Positions 38,455 to 48,639 of a stretch of DNA of 64,000 nucleotides are shown piece after piece. Numbering within the stretch: position 1 is the first letter of the stretch; the number at the start of each line of letters is the position of its first letter. This DNA comes from Candidatus Peribacteria bacterium (GTDB taxonomy: Bacteria; Patescibacteriota; Gracilibacteria; Peribacterales; Peribacteraceae): contig JBEPVF010000001.1 of assembly GCA_041691135.1 (NCBI GenBank), forward strand, positions 32,001 to 96,000, written 5' to 3'. The notes under the pieces are model-generated. The model made no database searches. It was not told the origin of the DNA and saw only the letters and a program-made list of their open reading frames with translations. The translations under genes were made by a program, and so were the position numbers.

Positions 38455-39549
38455 TCACGCAGTCATGACTCCCCCGCCCACGATTTCTTCGCCGCGGTAC
38501 AAGACGAGTGACTGTCCATAGGCTTGCGGATGTTCCGGACCACCAAATGTGAACGTGCCTTCCGTGCCTTCGTACTTCAGTGTGCCGTGTTTTCGTTGTG
38601 ATAACGAGCGCGTGCGATACTCAAACGATGTCTGTATCGACGGCTCGGGATTCCACGATACCCAATGCAAATCCGTGAGCGAAACAGATGAGAGAGTTTC
38701 ACTTTCTTTCTCGGCGACAATCAGCCGGTTGTGTTGCGTATCTTTGCTTACCACTTCGAGCGGCACTTTCAATCCGCCAATCCCCAATCCGCGACGCTGT
38801 CCGACTGTATACAGCGGCAATCCGTCATGATGCCCCACCACTGTGCCGTCACGCCGGACAATTTCGCCCGCTTGCAGATCGGTTCCCAGATGACGCTTCA
38901 GAAATTCCTGCGGCGACTTTTCGGGGAAGAAACACAGGTCCTGACTCTCGCGATAATAGTCATCGAACGGAACGCCGTAGTGTTTGGCCAGTGCGAACAC
39001 TTCTTCTTTTCGCATTGTTCCGAGTGGGAACAAAACTTTGGCCAACGCCCCCTGTGTCAGACCATACAGATAGTAACTCTGATCTTTTTCCGCATCGATG
39101 GCTTCCAAGAGCAGATGACGCTCGGTCCCGTCATTCAATCGTTCGCGTGCGACGCGTGTGTAATGACCGGTGGCCAGTTTTTCGCAGCCGAATTCCTGCG
39201 CCAACTGCAGAAGTTTCCCAAACTTGATCGTTCGGTTGCATCCGATGCACGGATTCGGTGTGAGGCCTTTTCGGTGTCCATCCAAGTACGGATCAACCAC
39301 GTTTTGCTTGAACTCCTGTTCCAGATCGATGACATGAAACGGAATACTCAGCGAATCGGCAACGTACTTCGTACGCGCGGCTGTCTGTGCATTGCAGCAC
39401 TTGCTCGGCAGAATTTGCGCCATCGCCGGAGCGAGAGGATCGCTCCATAGAGTGAAACGCACGCCGATCAGTTCATGTCCTTGCTCATGCAACAAATGCG
39501 CGACGACACTGGAATCGATACCGCCGGAGAGGGCGACAAGAATCTTCAT
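38455..39549 (-). CDS. mnmA: tRNA 2-thiouridylase
   Basis: 'ALSGGIDSSV', 'TPNPCIGCN', 'ATGHY', 'KDQSYYL', 'ESQDLCF', 'YTVGQRRGL'. Confidence 0.97.
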   Translation of the reverse strand: MKILVALSGGIDSSVVAHLLHEQGHELIGVRFTLWSDPLAPAMAQILPSKCCNAQTAARTKYVADSLSIPFHVIDLEQEFKQNVVDPYLDGHRKGLTPNPCIGCNRTIKFGKLLQLAQEFGCEKLATGHYTRVARERLNDGTERHLLLEAIDAEKDQSYYLYGLTQGALAKVLFPLGTMRKEEVFALAKHYGVPFDDYYRESQDLCFFPEKSPQEFLKRHLGTDLQAGEIVRRDGTVVGHHDGLPLYTVGQRRGLGIGGLKVPLEVVSKDTQHNRLIVAEKESETLSSVSLTDLHWVSWNPEPSIQTSFEYRTRSLSQRKHGTLKYEGTEGTFTFGGPEHPQAYGQSLVLYRGEEIVGGGVMTA

Positions 39550-39730
39550 GGCGGGAGTATACAGAAAGTTAGACTATGGTGAGGTGAATTTAGCCATCAA
39601 AAATCAGTGACAGCGGCCACAAAGATAAAAACCGATAACTGACCACTTGTCCCTGATCACTCTCAAACAGACATTTTTCCTAAAACAAGCAACTACCCTC
39701 TTGGATTAATTTCAGTACAATCCAAAATAC

Positions 39731-40975
39731 ATGATGACGATCGAACAGGCACTGGCATATTGGGTGGATAAGAAGAAAATCACACCCAAAAAAGCGTTGG
39801 AGTTAGTGGATTGTCTGCCGGCAAAACTTCGTGAACACGATCAGAAAGAAGAAATGTCCCATCGGGCAATCGGTATCTTTTCGTCTGTCGGTGCGATTTT
39901 ACTGGGACTCGGCGTTATTTTGTTTGTCAGTAGCAATTGGTCGGCAATGACGGCGATGGCGAAGGTGTCGATTCTTCTGGCAGGCATGATCGCAACTGCC
40001 GGAGCCGGTTACTACCTGGCGTATGAAAAACATACATACGAAAAGACAGGATTGGCGCTGCTCTTCGTGAACATCCTCATCTTCGGTGCAAGTATTTTTC
40101 TGGTAGCACAGATTTATCAGCTGCCGCTCAATTTCTGGCTCGGCGCATTGCTTTGGTTCATCGTCACGCTCGGCTTTGCCGCTATTTTGCAATCACGATT
40201 ACATCTATGGACATCGGTACCGCTTCTCCTTCTGTTCTTGGGATGGCTGCGCGTGTCGCTGTACGGCGGCAGCGGCCAACTGGACTTCCTGTTTGATGAT
40301 CGTCACAGCCTCCTCAATATGTTGCCCATTATCGGTGTCGGTCTGGTCAGTGGCGGAATTTTGTTACGCCGTTCGTCTTTTCTTTCATTCGGCACCAAAA
40401 CGCTCTTTCACTGGGGTATTTTTCTGCTTGTCTTCATCGTTGTCTTGGGAACCGTTGATAAAGAAGTATTCTTTCCGGTTCTGCAGGCGACCTTCGATAC
40501 GGTGAACGTCGTCACGGCGATTGTTGCTTTCGCTTTACTTGGCATAGCCTTTTTCCGCGCACCGTTCGAAACTCCTCAGGGAAGATGGGGACTTTTAGCG
40601 CTCGGTCTGTATACGGTGTTCCTGTATGTACTGGCCTGGTTACCTTCTATATGGGTCGGCCCTATGGGAAGCGGTTTTGCCTTCTATCAATACTCTGATG
40701 TGCCGGCATTCCAGATGCTCTTTATATTGCACGTGGTTCTCGCTTTCATTTTCCTGTTCGTACTCGTGTGGTACGGCACTCTGCTCCGTATGTCGGTTCT
40801 GATCAATATCGGCATGATCGGCATTGGCTTCATCATCTTCATTCAGTACTTCTCGTGGGCATTCCAAATGCTCGATCGCTCGTTGGCATTCATTCTTGGC
40901 GGCTTTCTGATCCTGGGACTCAGTGCGATTCTGGAGCGTCAGCGCCGTAAAATTCTCACCTCCATTGGCAAATGA
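39731..40975 (+). CDS. DUF2157-like membrane protein
   Basis: 'GAILLGLGVILFVSSNW', 'GASIFLVAQIYQL', many TM helices; usual partner of the downstream GDYXXLXY gene. Confidence 0.88.
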   Translation: MMTIEQALAYWVDKKKITPKKALELVDCLPAKLREHDQKEEMSHRAIGIFSSVGAILLGLGVILFVSSNWSAMTAMAKVSILLAGMIATAGAGYYLAYEKHTYEKTGLALLFVNILIFGASIFLVAQIYQLPLNFWLGALLWFIVTLGFAAILQSRLHLWTSVPLLLLFLGWLRVSLYGGSGQLDFLFDDRHSLLNMLPIIGVGLVSGGILLRRSSFLSFGTKTLFHWGIFLLVFIVVLGTVDKEVFFPVLQATFDTVNVVTAIVAFALLGIAFFRAPFETPQGRWGLLALGLYTVFLYVLAWLPSIWVGPMGSGFAFYQYSDVPAFQMLFILHVVLAFIFLFVLVWYGTLLRMSVLINIGMIGIGFIIFIQYFSWAFQMLDRSLAFILGGFLILGLSAILERQRRKILTSIGK

Positions 40976-41535
40976 CACGTCGCATCGCCTTCCTCATCGG
41001 CCTGCTCATCGAAGTCATTGCGATCTTCACCTTGTTCATTCCGTCGGAAATATTGCTGGCGAACGGCACACTCATTACATTGAAAACGGTACCCGTCGAT
41101 CCGCGCGATATTTTCCGTGGCGATTACGTGGCATTGGATTACGAGGTTGGCCAAGGGCTTACGGACATCACCGATACCAAGCCGGTCTATGTGGTTCTGG
41201 AAAAAAAGGACGATACATACGAGCGCGTAAGTTACAGCAGCAATAAGCCAATCTTGCAGCCGGGTCAGGTGTGTCTTATCGGCCGGCCTCAATACCAGCG
41301 AGTCGAATTTCCGGATATTTCGCAGTACTTCGTTTCGGAAGGAACGGGGCACGAGCTGGAGCAGGCGCGCAATGGCCATCGTTTGCTCATTGATGCGCGT
41401 GTGAACAGTAATTGTCGGGCAGTCATTCAGGGACTGCGCATTGGTCCTGAAGTGCCATTACCTGCCATTCAGCCGTTCGAAAACATGCCGGTTCCGCCGC
41501 CGATAGAGCAACCGAAGCCGGTTCCTGTGAAGTAA
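40972..41535 (+). CDS. GDYXXLXY-domain protein
   Basis: 'PVDPRDIFRGDYVALDY' and 'YFVSEGTG'; ATGA overlap with the upstream gene. Confidence 0.93.
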   Translation: MTRRIAFLIGLLIEVIAIFTLFIPSEILLANGTLITLKTVPVDPRDIFRGDYVALDYEVGQGLTDITDTKPVYVVLEKKDDTYERVSYSSNKPILQPGQVCLIGRPQYQRVEFPDISQYFVSEGTGHELEQARNGHRLLIDARVNSNCRAVIQGLRIGPEVPLPAIQPFENMPVPPPIEQPKPVPVK

Positions 41536-41635
41536 AGAAGTCGGGGCATGAATATCGATATTCGAAAAGTATGGTGATTTTTCGAATTTCTGGCTTCGAA
41601 TTTAGAATTTGGCCCTTCCCTGCTATTCTCTTCCC

Positions 41636-42703
<1,068 letters not shown>

Positions 42704-42705
42704 TC

Positions 42706-44037
42706 TTATCTCAACTGCTTCATCATCTCGATTCGCTGATCGATCAATTGTTGAGTGCCGATATCCGACCGGAATCGCACCGGTCCTTCCACTTGCTCAC
42801 ACACTGCCTGTGCGATCTGTTCGGCTTCGCCAATTGTATCGGCAATGCCGACGATACCGGCTGTGCGCGAACCGCCAAGATGCAATGATCCATCATCTGC
42901 TTCGGTGATATCGCCATAATAGAGACGCGCAGAGCTTGGAATGACTGGGAAAGAAACTGGCTGTCCTTTCTCGTCTTTACGATCGGGATAACTCTTTGGT
43001 GTGATGTACTTGCAGACCGTGGCTTTGTGCTCGAATTGCACCATTTCTTCGGTAAGCGTTCCGTCGATGATAGCCTGACAAATATCCACGAAGTCACTCG
43101 ACAGGATCGGGAGAACGTTTAGCGCTTCGGGATCACCAAAGCGCGCGTTATATTCGATCACGCGGATGCCGTCTTTTACAGCGATAAACCCGCCATACAA
43201 AATTCCCTTGTACGGCTCGCCGCATTCCTTGAGTAGTGCTGCAGCCACCTGGCGATTGATTTCTTTGGCCTGTTTCAAATCAGATTCAGTCAGAAAGGGG
43301 AGTGAGTGTGTGGCATCGGAGTATGTGCCCATGCCACCCGTATTCGGTCCCGTATCACCTTCGAAAGCGCGCTTATGATCTTGGACTGCAGGCATGTCGG
43401 CAACACTTGTGCCCGAGACGAACGATAACAGGCTGAATTCCACGCCGATCAATTTTTCCTCGAGCACGACGCGACCACATTCATTCAGACATTCGATAGC
43501 GTAAGCAACGCCTTCGTCGATTGAATGCAGATGATCACCGCTCACTTTGACGCCTTTGCCTCCTTTGAGTGCATCGTATTTCACCACATAGTTTCCTTGT
43601 AATTCGTCATTAATATAATTATGAATTATTTGTTTTGTATTGGCGTCGTGTTTGGTGATGATTTTAAATTTTGGCGATACGTCAATACCATACTTTTCCA
43701 TCAGTTTTCGTGTGAATGATTTACTACTTTCGATCTGTGCTAGTTTGCGCATCGGCGCGATACTTGGTATTCCTTCTGCAGCGAATTCATCAGCCAACCC
43801 CTGTCCGATCGGATCATCGGGAGCAATGAAGGCGAAGTCGGGCTTCACGCGTTTTGCCAATTCAAGTATGGGTGGGAAATCGAGAATATCCATCACATGA
43901 TGTTCGCTTGATAAGCGACGCGTGCCAGGATCACGTACGCTGCTGACGGTAACGATGTCCGGGTTGTGCCGGCTGCGTGCCAAAGCTTCGGCGACAGCAT
44001 GGCCACGGGCGGAATTGGTGATCAGGAGTATGCGCAT
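42706..44037 (-). CDS. purD: Phosphoribosylamine-glycine ligase
   Basis: 'GGKGV', 'QDHKRAFEGDTGPNTGGMG', 'IEYNARFGDPE', 'RSDIG'. Confidence 0.97.
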   Translation of the reverse strand: MRILLITNSARGHAVAEALARSRHNPDIVTVSSVRDPGTRRLSSEHHVMDILDFPPILELAKRVKPDFAFIAPDDPIGQGLADEFAAEGIPSIAPMRKLAQIESSKSFTRKLMEKYGIDVSPKFKIITKHDANTKQIIHNYINDELQGNYVVKYDALKGGKGVKVSGDHLHSIDEGVAYAIECLNECGRVVLEEKLIGVEFSLLSFVSGTSVADMPAVQDHKRAFEGDTGPNTGGMGTYSDATHSLPFLTESDLKQAKEINRQVAAALLKECGEPYKGILYGGFIAVKDGIRVIEYNARFGDPEALNVLPILSSDFVDICQAIIDGTLTEEMVQFEHKATVCKYITPKSYPDRKDEKGQPVSFPVIPSSARLYYGDITEADDGSLHLGGSRTAGIVGIADTIGEAEQIAQAVCEQVEGPVRFRSDIGTQQLIDQRIEMMKQLR

Positions 44038-44052
44038 AAGAGTGTTGCTACC

Positions 44053-44445
44053 TTAGCTTTCCCATTCGAACTCCACAAATCCCGGATCATACGGGTCAAA
44101 GTCAGGCAGAGGCAATTGAAGATCTCTCAGCAAATCAAAGGAATGCCGAGTGGCATGACGCTGGATGAATTCGCCGATCGGTCTTTTGCAATTATTGAAG
44201 GCTTCTTTAAAACCACGTTCCACAATCGTCAAAGTAGTGGCGAACGCCGTTGTCCCAACTATGATGCCCATTTGTGCGTTATCTTCTTTTACCATGCACG
44301 CCATCGTGGAGCAGCCACCTATGCAAAGAGCCAGAAGGTGGCAGACTCTTGAGCTCAGACGCAGTATATGAATATCTTCAGCTGCATGCTTCAGGGCACT
44401 TACATCCGCCTGTGAAAATTTATAGTACTCAGTATCTTCTAACAT
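44053..44445 (-). CDS. Hypothetical two-TM protein between purF and purD
   Basis: 130-aa ORF filling the gap, co-oriented with both neighbours. Confidence 0.6.
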   Translation of the reverse strand: MLEDTEYYKFSQADVSALKHAAEDIHILRLSSRVCHLLALCIGGCSTMACMVKEDNAQMGIIVGTTAFATTLTIVERGFKEAFNNCKRPIGEFIQRHATRHSFDLLRDLQLPLPDFDPYDPGFVEFEWES

Positions 44446-44455
44446 AATTCGGTGA

Positions 44456-45967
44456 TTACATCAGTGTCATACCTTTCGATCCCTCCGCGTCATCACCATC
44501 CACCATCAAGCTGCTCATCGTGTCGCGGGTGTTGTTACGTGCGGAACCCATTTCGAGCAGCAATTTGGGCGTTACTTCGGGCGTTGGATAGCGACCGTTG
44601 AAGCAGCCAGTACAGAGTTTCTGCAGTTTGCGGTTGCCGACTTTGATCGCGCGAACCATGTCTTCGGCTGTTGCGTAAAAGAGTCCGTCAGCTCCGATGA
44701 ATTCGCAGACTTCCTCTATCGATTTGTTGGCACCGATCAGTTCATCCGTCGTGGGAATATCCACACCGTACGGACACGGGCCGGTGACAGGCGGCGATGC
44801 GGAGGCGAAATACACTTTGCGCGCACCGGCTTCGCGGGCCATCTCCACGATTTTGCGGCTTGTATTGCCACGCACGATCGAGTCATCGACCAGAAGGACG
44901 TCGTTGCCTTTGAATTCCAAGTCGATGGGATGGATTTTGAAGTGCAGGCTCCGTTGACGGAGCGCCTGGCCCGGCATGATGAACGTGCGACCGATATAAC
45001 GGTTCTTCACGAATCCTTCGCGGTAACGAATTTTTAATTTATCCGCCAAACCGGCAGCAGCTGCGCGCGACGAGTCGGGAATGGGAATGATCGAATCGAT
45101 CTTGAGTCCGGACTTCTTGATCTGCGACGCAAGGGATTCGCCCATACGGACGCGGGCTTTGTAGACCGACACATTATCGATCACCGAGTCCGGCGCGGCC
45201 AAATACACCCATTCGAAGGCGCACGGATTCAGATGGCCTTTGGCACACACACGTGAGTGGAAATTATTGTGTTTGTCGATGTACACCGCTTCGCCGGGAA
45301 GAACGTCGCGCACGAACTCGTAGCCGAGCGGCTTCATCAATGTGTTCTCGGAACACAGAATGTATTCCTCTTTCATGCCATGCTTGCGCTTGCCGATCTG
45401 GAGCGGTCGGATGCCGTGCGGATCACGGAACGCCAGGATGCCATTGCCGCCAATGAGCACGACGGCCGAATAACTGCCGGTACAACGGCGATGCACGGTG
45501 CGGACTGCCCGGAAAATATGATCCGGCGTGAGCTGGATGGGGCGCTGTTTCTGGAGTGCCAATGCGAAGACGTTCAATAACACCTCGGAGTCCGATGATG
45601 TATTGAGATGACGGAAATCGGTGTGCAGTAATTCCGTGGCAAGTTTCTGCGAATTAGTGAGGTTGCCGTTGTGCGCCAGTGCGATACCGAACGGTGAATT
45701 GACGAAGAACGGCTGCGCTTCGAACTCGCTGTTGCAGCCGGCTGTTGGGTAGCGCACATGCCCGATACCCATCGGGCCGCGCAAGCGCTGAAGTGATTGC
45801 TGATGAAACACATCGCGCACCATGCCGTTGGCTTTCTTTAAATGGAATTGATTGTCGAAGGTGACGATACCGGCTGCATCTTGCCCGCGGTGTTGGAGCA
45901 CGATCAGTCCGTCGTACAGGTCTTGTATCGCGTTCTGGAAGCCGGAAACGGCAATAATTCCACACAT
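44456..45967 (-). CDS. purF: Amidophosphoribosyltransferase
   Basis: N-terminal MCGI, 'QHRGQD', 'GHVRYPTAG', 'HNGNL', 'VDDSIVRGNT'. Confidence 0.98.
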   Translation of the reverse strand: MCGIIAVSGFQNAIQDLYDGLIVLQHRGQDAAGIVTFDNQFHLKKANGMVRDVFHQQSLQRLRGPMGIGHVRYPTAGCNSEFEAQPFFVNSPFGIALAHNGNLTNSQKLATELLHTDFRHLNTSSDSEVLLNVFALALQKQRPIQLTPDHIFRAVRTVHRRCTGSYSAVVLIGGNGILAFRDPHGIRPLQIGKRKHGMKEEYILCSENTLMKPLGYEFVRDVLPGEAVYIDKHNNFHSRVCAKGHLNPCAFEWVYLAAPDSVIDNVSVYKARVRMGESLASQIKKSGLKIDSIIPIPDSSRAAAAGLADKLKIRYREGFVKNRYIGRTFIMPGQALRQRSLHFKIHPIDLEFKGNDVLLVDDSIVRGNTSRKIVEMAREAGARKVYFASASPPVTGPCPYGVDIPTTDELIGANKSIEEVCEFIGADGLFYATAEDMVRAIKVGNRKLQKLCTGCFNGRYPTPEVTPKLLLEMGSARNNTRDTMSSLMVDGDDAEGSKGMTLM

Positions 45968-46107
45968 ATTACGCTTGCTGGAACACGCTCAAGCACGCCT
46001 CGCCGGAGATCCGGGAGGCCGAAAAATGCGTGAAGGCGATATCCACGGAGACATTCTAATGACAATTTTCCTGAACGCAAGAAGCATCCATCGGCTTTAT
46101 GCGGCTA

Positions 46108-46965
46108 TTACACCTCGAGCATCTGCCTCTGTCGTTCCTTTGCACGCACGCAATTGCGAATGAGGCTCGCCACGGTCATCGGTCCGACACCGCCAGGCAC
46201 GGGTGTGATGGCCGATGCCACCTCTTTGACTGCGTCAAAATCCACATCGCCTTTCAGCCCCTCTTCATCGCGTGTAACGCCGATGTCGATGACGACTGCT
46301 CCGGGCTTGACCATATCGGCCGTGATTATTTTTGCTTTGCCGACGGCCGAACAGAGAATATCGGCTTGCCGTGTGATGGCGCCAAGATCAGGAGTTTTGC
46401 TGTGACAAATTGTAACGGTGGCACCGCGGTTGAGAAGCATGATGGCGAGCGGCTTGCCCACAATATTGCTGCGACCGACGATGACGGCGTGCTTGCCCTC
46501 AATCGGCAATTTGTAATAGTCGAGGATGCGGATCACGCCCGACGGCGTGGCTGGCGGCAGATCTTCGAACTCGGTGGAGAGAAACATTTTTCCCAAGTTG
46601 TACGCGCCGAATCCATCGATATCTTTGTTCGGTGCGATGGCCCGGATGATTTGCGGAACATTCTTGTCCAAATGCGGCGGCAATGGTAACTGAATAATGA
46701 ATCCGCTCACATCAGCGTCGCGATTCAAATCATCGATAAGCGCCATGAGCTGACTCAATTTCGTATCGTCTTTCAGTCGGAGCAGTTCATGCCGTAACCC
46801 CAATGCATCGGCGCTCTTCAATTTCTGTTTGATGTAACTCGCGCTGGCAGCATTCTCGCCTACCTGCACGATCACCAGCTGTGGGTCATATTCTTTTATC
46901 AGGGGCTTCAGTTCCTCGAACAGATGATCGGCAACTTCGCGGCCGGAGAGGATTTGGGCGGACAT
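46108..46965 (-). CDS. folD: Bifunctional methylene-THF dehydrogenase/cyclohydrolase
   Basis: ATG 46965; 'IQLPLP', 'KDIDG', 'GRSNIVGKP', 'TPVPGGVGPMTV'. Confidence 0.97.
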   Translation of the reverse strand: MSAQILSGREVADHLFEELKPLIKEYDPQLVIVQVGENAASASYIKQKLKSADALGLRHELLRLKDDTKLSQLMALIDDLNRDADVSGFIIQLPLPPHLDKNVPQIIRAIAPNKDIDGFGAYNLGKMFLSTEFEDLPPATPSGVIRILDYYKLPIEGKHAVIVGRSNIVGKPLAIMLLNRGATVTICHSKTPDLGAITRQADILCSAVGKAKIITADMVKPGAVVIDIGVTRDEEGLKGDVDFDAVKEVASAITPVPGGVGPMTVASLIRNCVRAKERQRQMLEV

Positions 46966-47014
46966 GAGGATATGATAGTGGGAGGGAGAGAGAATCCAAA
47001 GAGACAATTAGGCT

Positions 47015-47092
47015 AAACACGAAGCACGAATATTGAAATTCGAAAAACGCGGTTTATTTACGAATTTAGTGCTTCGAATTTCGGATTTTTTC
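47015..47092. repeat. Heptamer-periodic palindromic element overlapping the tmk stop
   Basis: AAACACGAAGCACGAATATTGAAATTCGAAA ... TTTAGTGCTTCGAATTTCGGATTTT; the right arm encodes the tmk C-terminus KIRNSKH*. Confidence 0.65.
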
Positions 47093-47659
47093 AAAGATTT
47101 CATCAGCGACCGCCGCTTTTTCTCCCGACGTATCCACCACGATCACTGCCTGATCTTCGGCAACATATTTCTCGTAGGCTTCGTAGATGCGGCGTTGGAA
47201 ATCCGTTCCTTCGAACAGGTCGCGCTCATCCCGGCGACTCAGTCGCTCCTGACAAACTTCGAAAGGTGGCAGCGTGAAGAGTGTCACATCAGGTTGAACG
47301 AATTGGGCGTTTATATCTTCGAGCCAATCGACGTCGAGGCCCAGTACGTCACCATAGATGAGAGTTGAGGGGGCATAGCGGTCACAAATGACAGTTTTGC
47401 CGGCGGCAATGGCCGGCTTGATGACGGTTGCAATGTGATCGGCGCGGTCGGCACAAAAAAGCAGCTGCAGTGCGGCAGGGTCCATCGTCGTTTTTTCCTT
47501 CAAGAGTGTACGAATCCATATGCCGATTGCACTGTCGCTCGGTTCCGTTGTAAGAAGAACGTCATGCCCTTCCCTTTGCAAACGCTCGGCTAAAAGCCGG
47601 CTGTGCAATGATGTACCGGAACCGTCGGGGCCCTCGAGGACGATGAAGGAAGGGGTCAT
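47066..47659 (-). CDS. tmk: Thymidylate kinase
   Basis: 'FIVLEGPDGSGTS', 'TTEP', 'LLFCADRADH', 'CDRY'. Confidence 0.95.
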   Translation of the reverse strand: MTPSFIVLEGPDGSGTSLHSRLLAERLQREGHDVLLTTEPSDSAIGIWIRTLLKEKTTMDPAALQLLFCADRADHIATVIKPAIAAGKTVICDRYAPSTLIYGDVLGLDVDWLEDINAQFVQPDVTLFTLPPFEVCQERLSRRDERDLFEGTDFQRRIYEAYEKYVAEDQAVIVVDTSGEKAAVADEIFEKIRNSKH

Positions 47660-47715
47660 GAGCTTTCGTGTGAAGATTTGACAAATTGATTAGATACTAC
47701 CTTATAATTGGGAGG

Positions 47716-48594
47716 ATGGGAATTTTACAAGGTGTTAAGGATTGGCTCGATGAAAGGAAAAGGTACCAAACTTTCTTTCCGAGAGATATTAGGTCTAGTC
47801 TTAAAGACCATGGGGAGCTTTTCGCTGAGCCGGGAGAAAAATCGTACGACAGAGTCTTAGCCTATGTTCCGCAGGTGCATTATAATGCTAGTTCGATACT
47901 AGATTTGATCCAAAATCCGGATAAATTTCGTAGTTTTGTTTCGCATCATGATTCAATTAAGTCTGCGATAGTGAAATTATTGAGGTTTTATGGGGCTGAC
48001 AAATCAATTTTTATTGATGAAAGTATAAATGCTTCGCAAAGTGCATGGGATGAAAAAAGAAAAAGTATGGCAATTATAAGAGGACTTGCTGATGAGGGAC
48101 TAATGGAGAGAAGCCCTGCCCAGAGGGTCCAGGAATACTATGAAAGTACGGTTCAAATGTATGAGGCAGGCGGTCCCCAAGCCGCAGCAAATTTTATTCA
48201 CACGCGAATTAATGGTGGTCGACGCGCAGTCTCGTGGTGTTTTTTGAACAAATACAAAGCAATCGGAGAGAGTGAACAAAATACAAGTAAAGTACGGGAT
48301 GACGTGAGAGAAAGCATACGTCGACGTCACGAATCGATTCGTTCTATATTTGAATCAGAAGTTCCTTCTGGAGGCATCGGCATTGTTGATCTAGGCGTAG
48401 GACATTCCAAGAGAAATCCAGATCAAACTTGGAAAATGATCGAATTGATTACGACGCCGTTGGTAACTCGAGGAAATTTCCTTGAAGATTATTTGAGCAA
48501 GGTGACTCATGCTAAAGTCGTTACCCTTGTTCCTCATGAAACAAACCGCTTAACAAATAATTGGGGTACGTTGGCATCGTTTGTTACAAAATAA
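47716..48594 (+). CDS. AT-rich hypothetical protein
   Basis: Long ORF from ATG 47716; composition differs visibly from the flanks. Confidence 0.7.
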   Translation: MGILQGVKDWLDERKRYQTFFPRDIRSSLKDHGELFAEPGEKSYDRVLAYVPQVHYNASSILDLIQNPDKFRSFVSHHDSIKSAIVKLLRFYGADKSIFIDESINASQSAWDEKRKSMAIIRGLADEGLMERSPAQRVQEYYESTVQMYEAGGPQAAANFIHTRINGGRRAVSWCFLNKYKAIGESEQNTSKVRDDVRESIRRRHESIRSIFESEVPSGGIGIVDLGVGHSKRNPDQTWKMIELITTPLVTRGNFLEDYLSKVTHAKVVTLVPHETNRLTNNWGTLASFVTK

Positions 48595-48623
48595 AAACAG
48601 TGGCGAGAACGACTCGCCACTGT
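48594..48623. terminator. Intrinsic terminator between convergent genes
   Basis: ACAGTGGCGAG-AACGA-CTCGCCACTGT with an A-tract on the left. Confidence 0.75.
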
Positions 48624-48639
48624 GACTATTGAATTGGTA

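Noticed and set aside
45968-46107. Purine or ZTP riboswitch upstream of purF
   Set aside because: Small hairpins are present but the conserved cores of the purine and ZTP aptamers are not.
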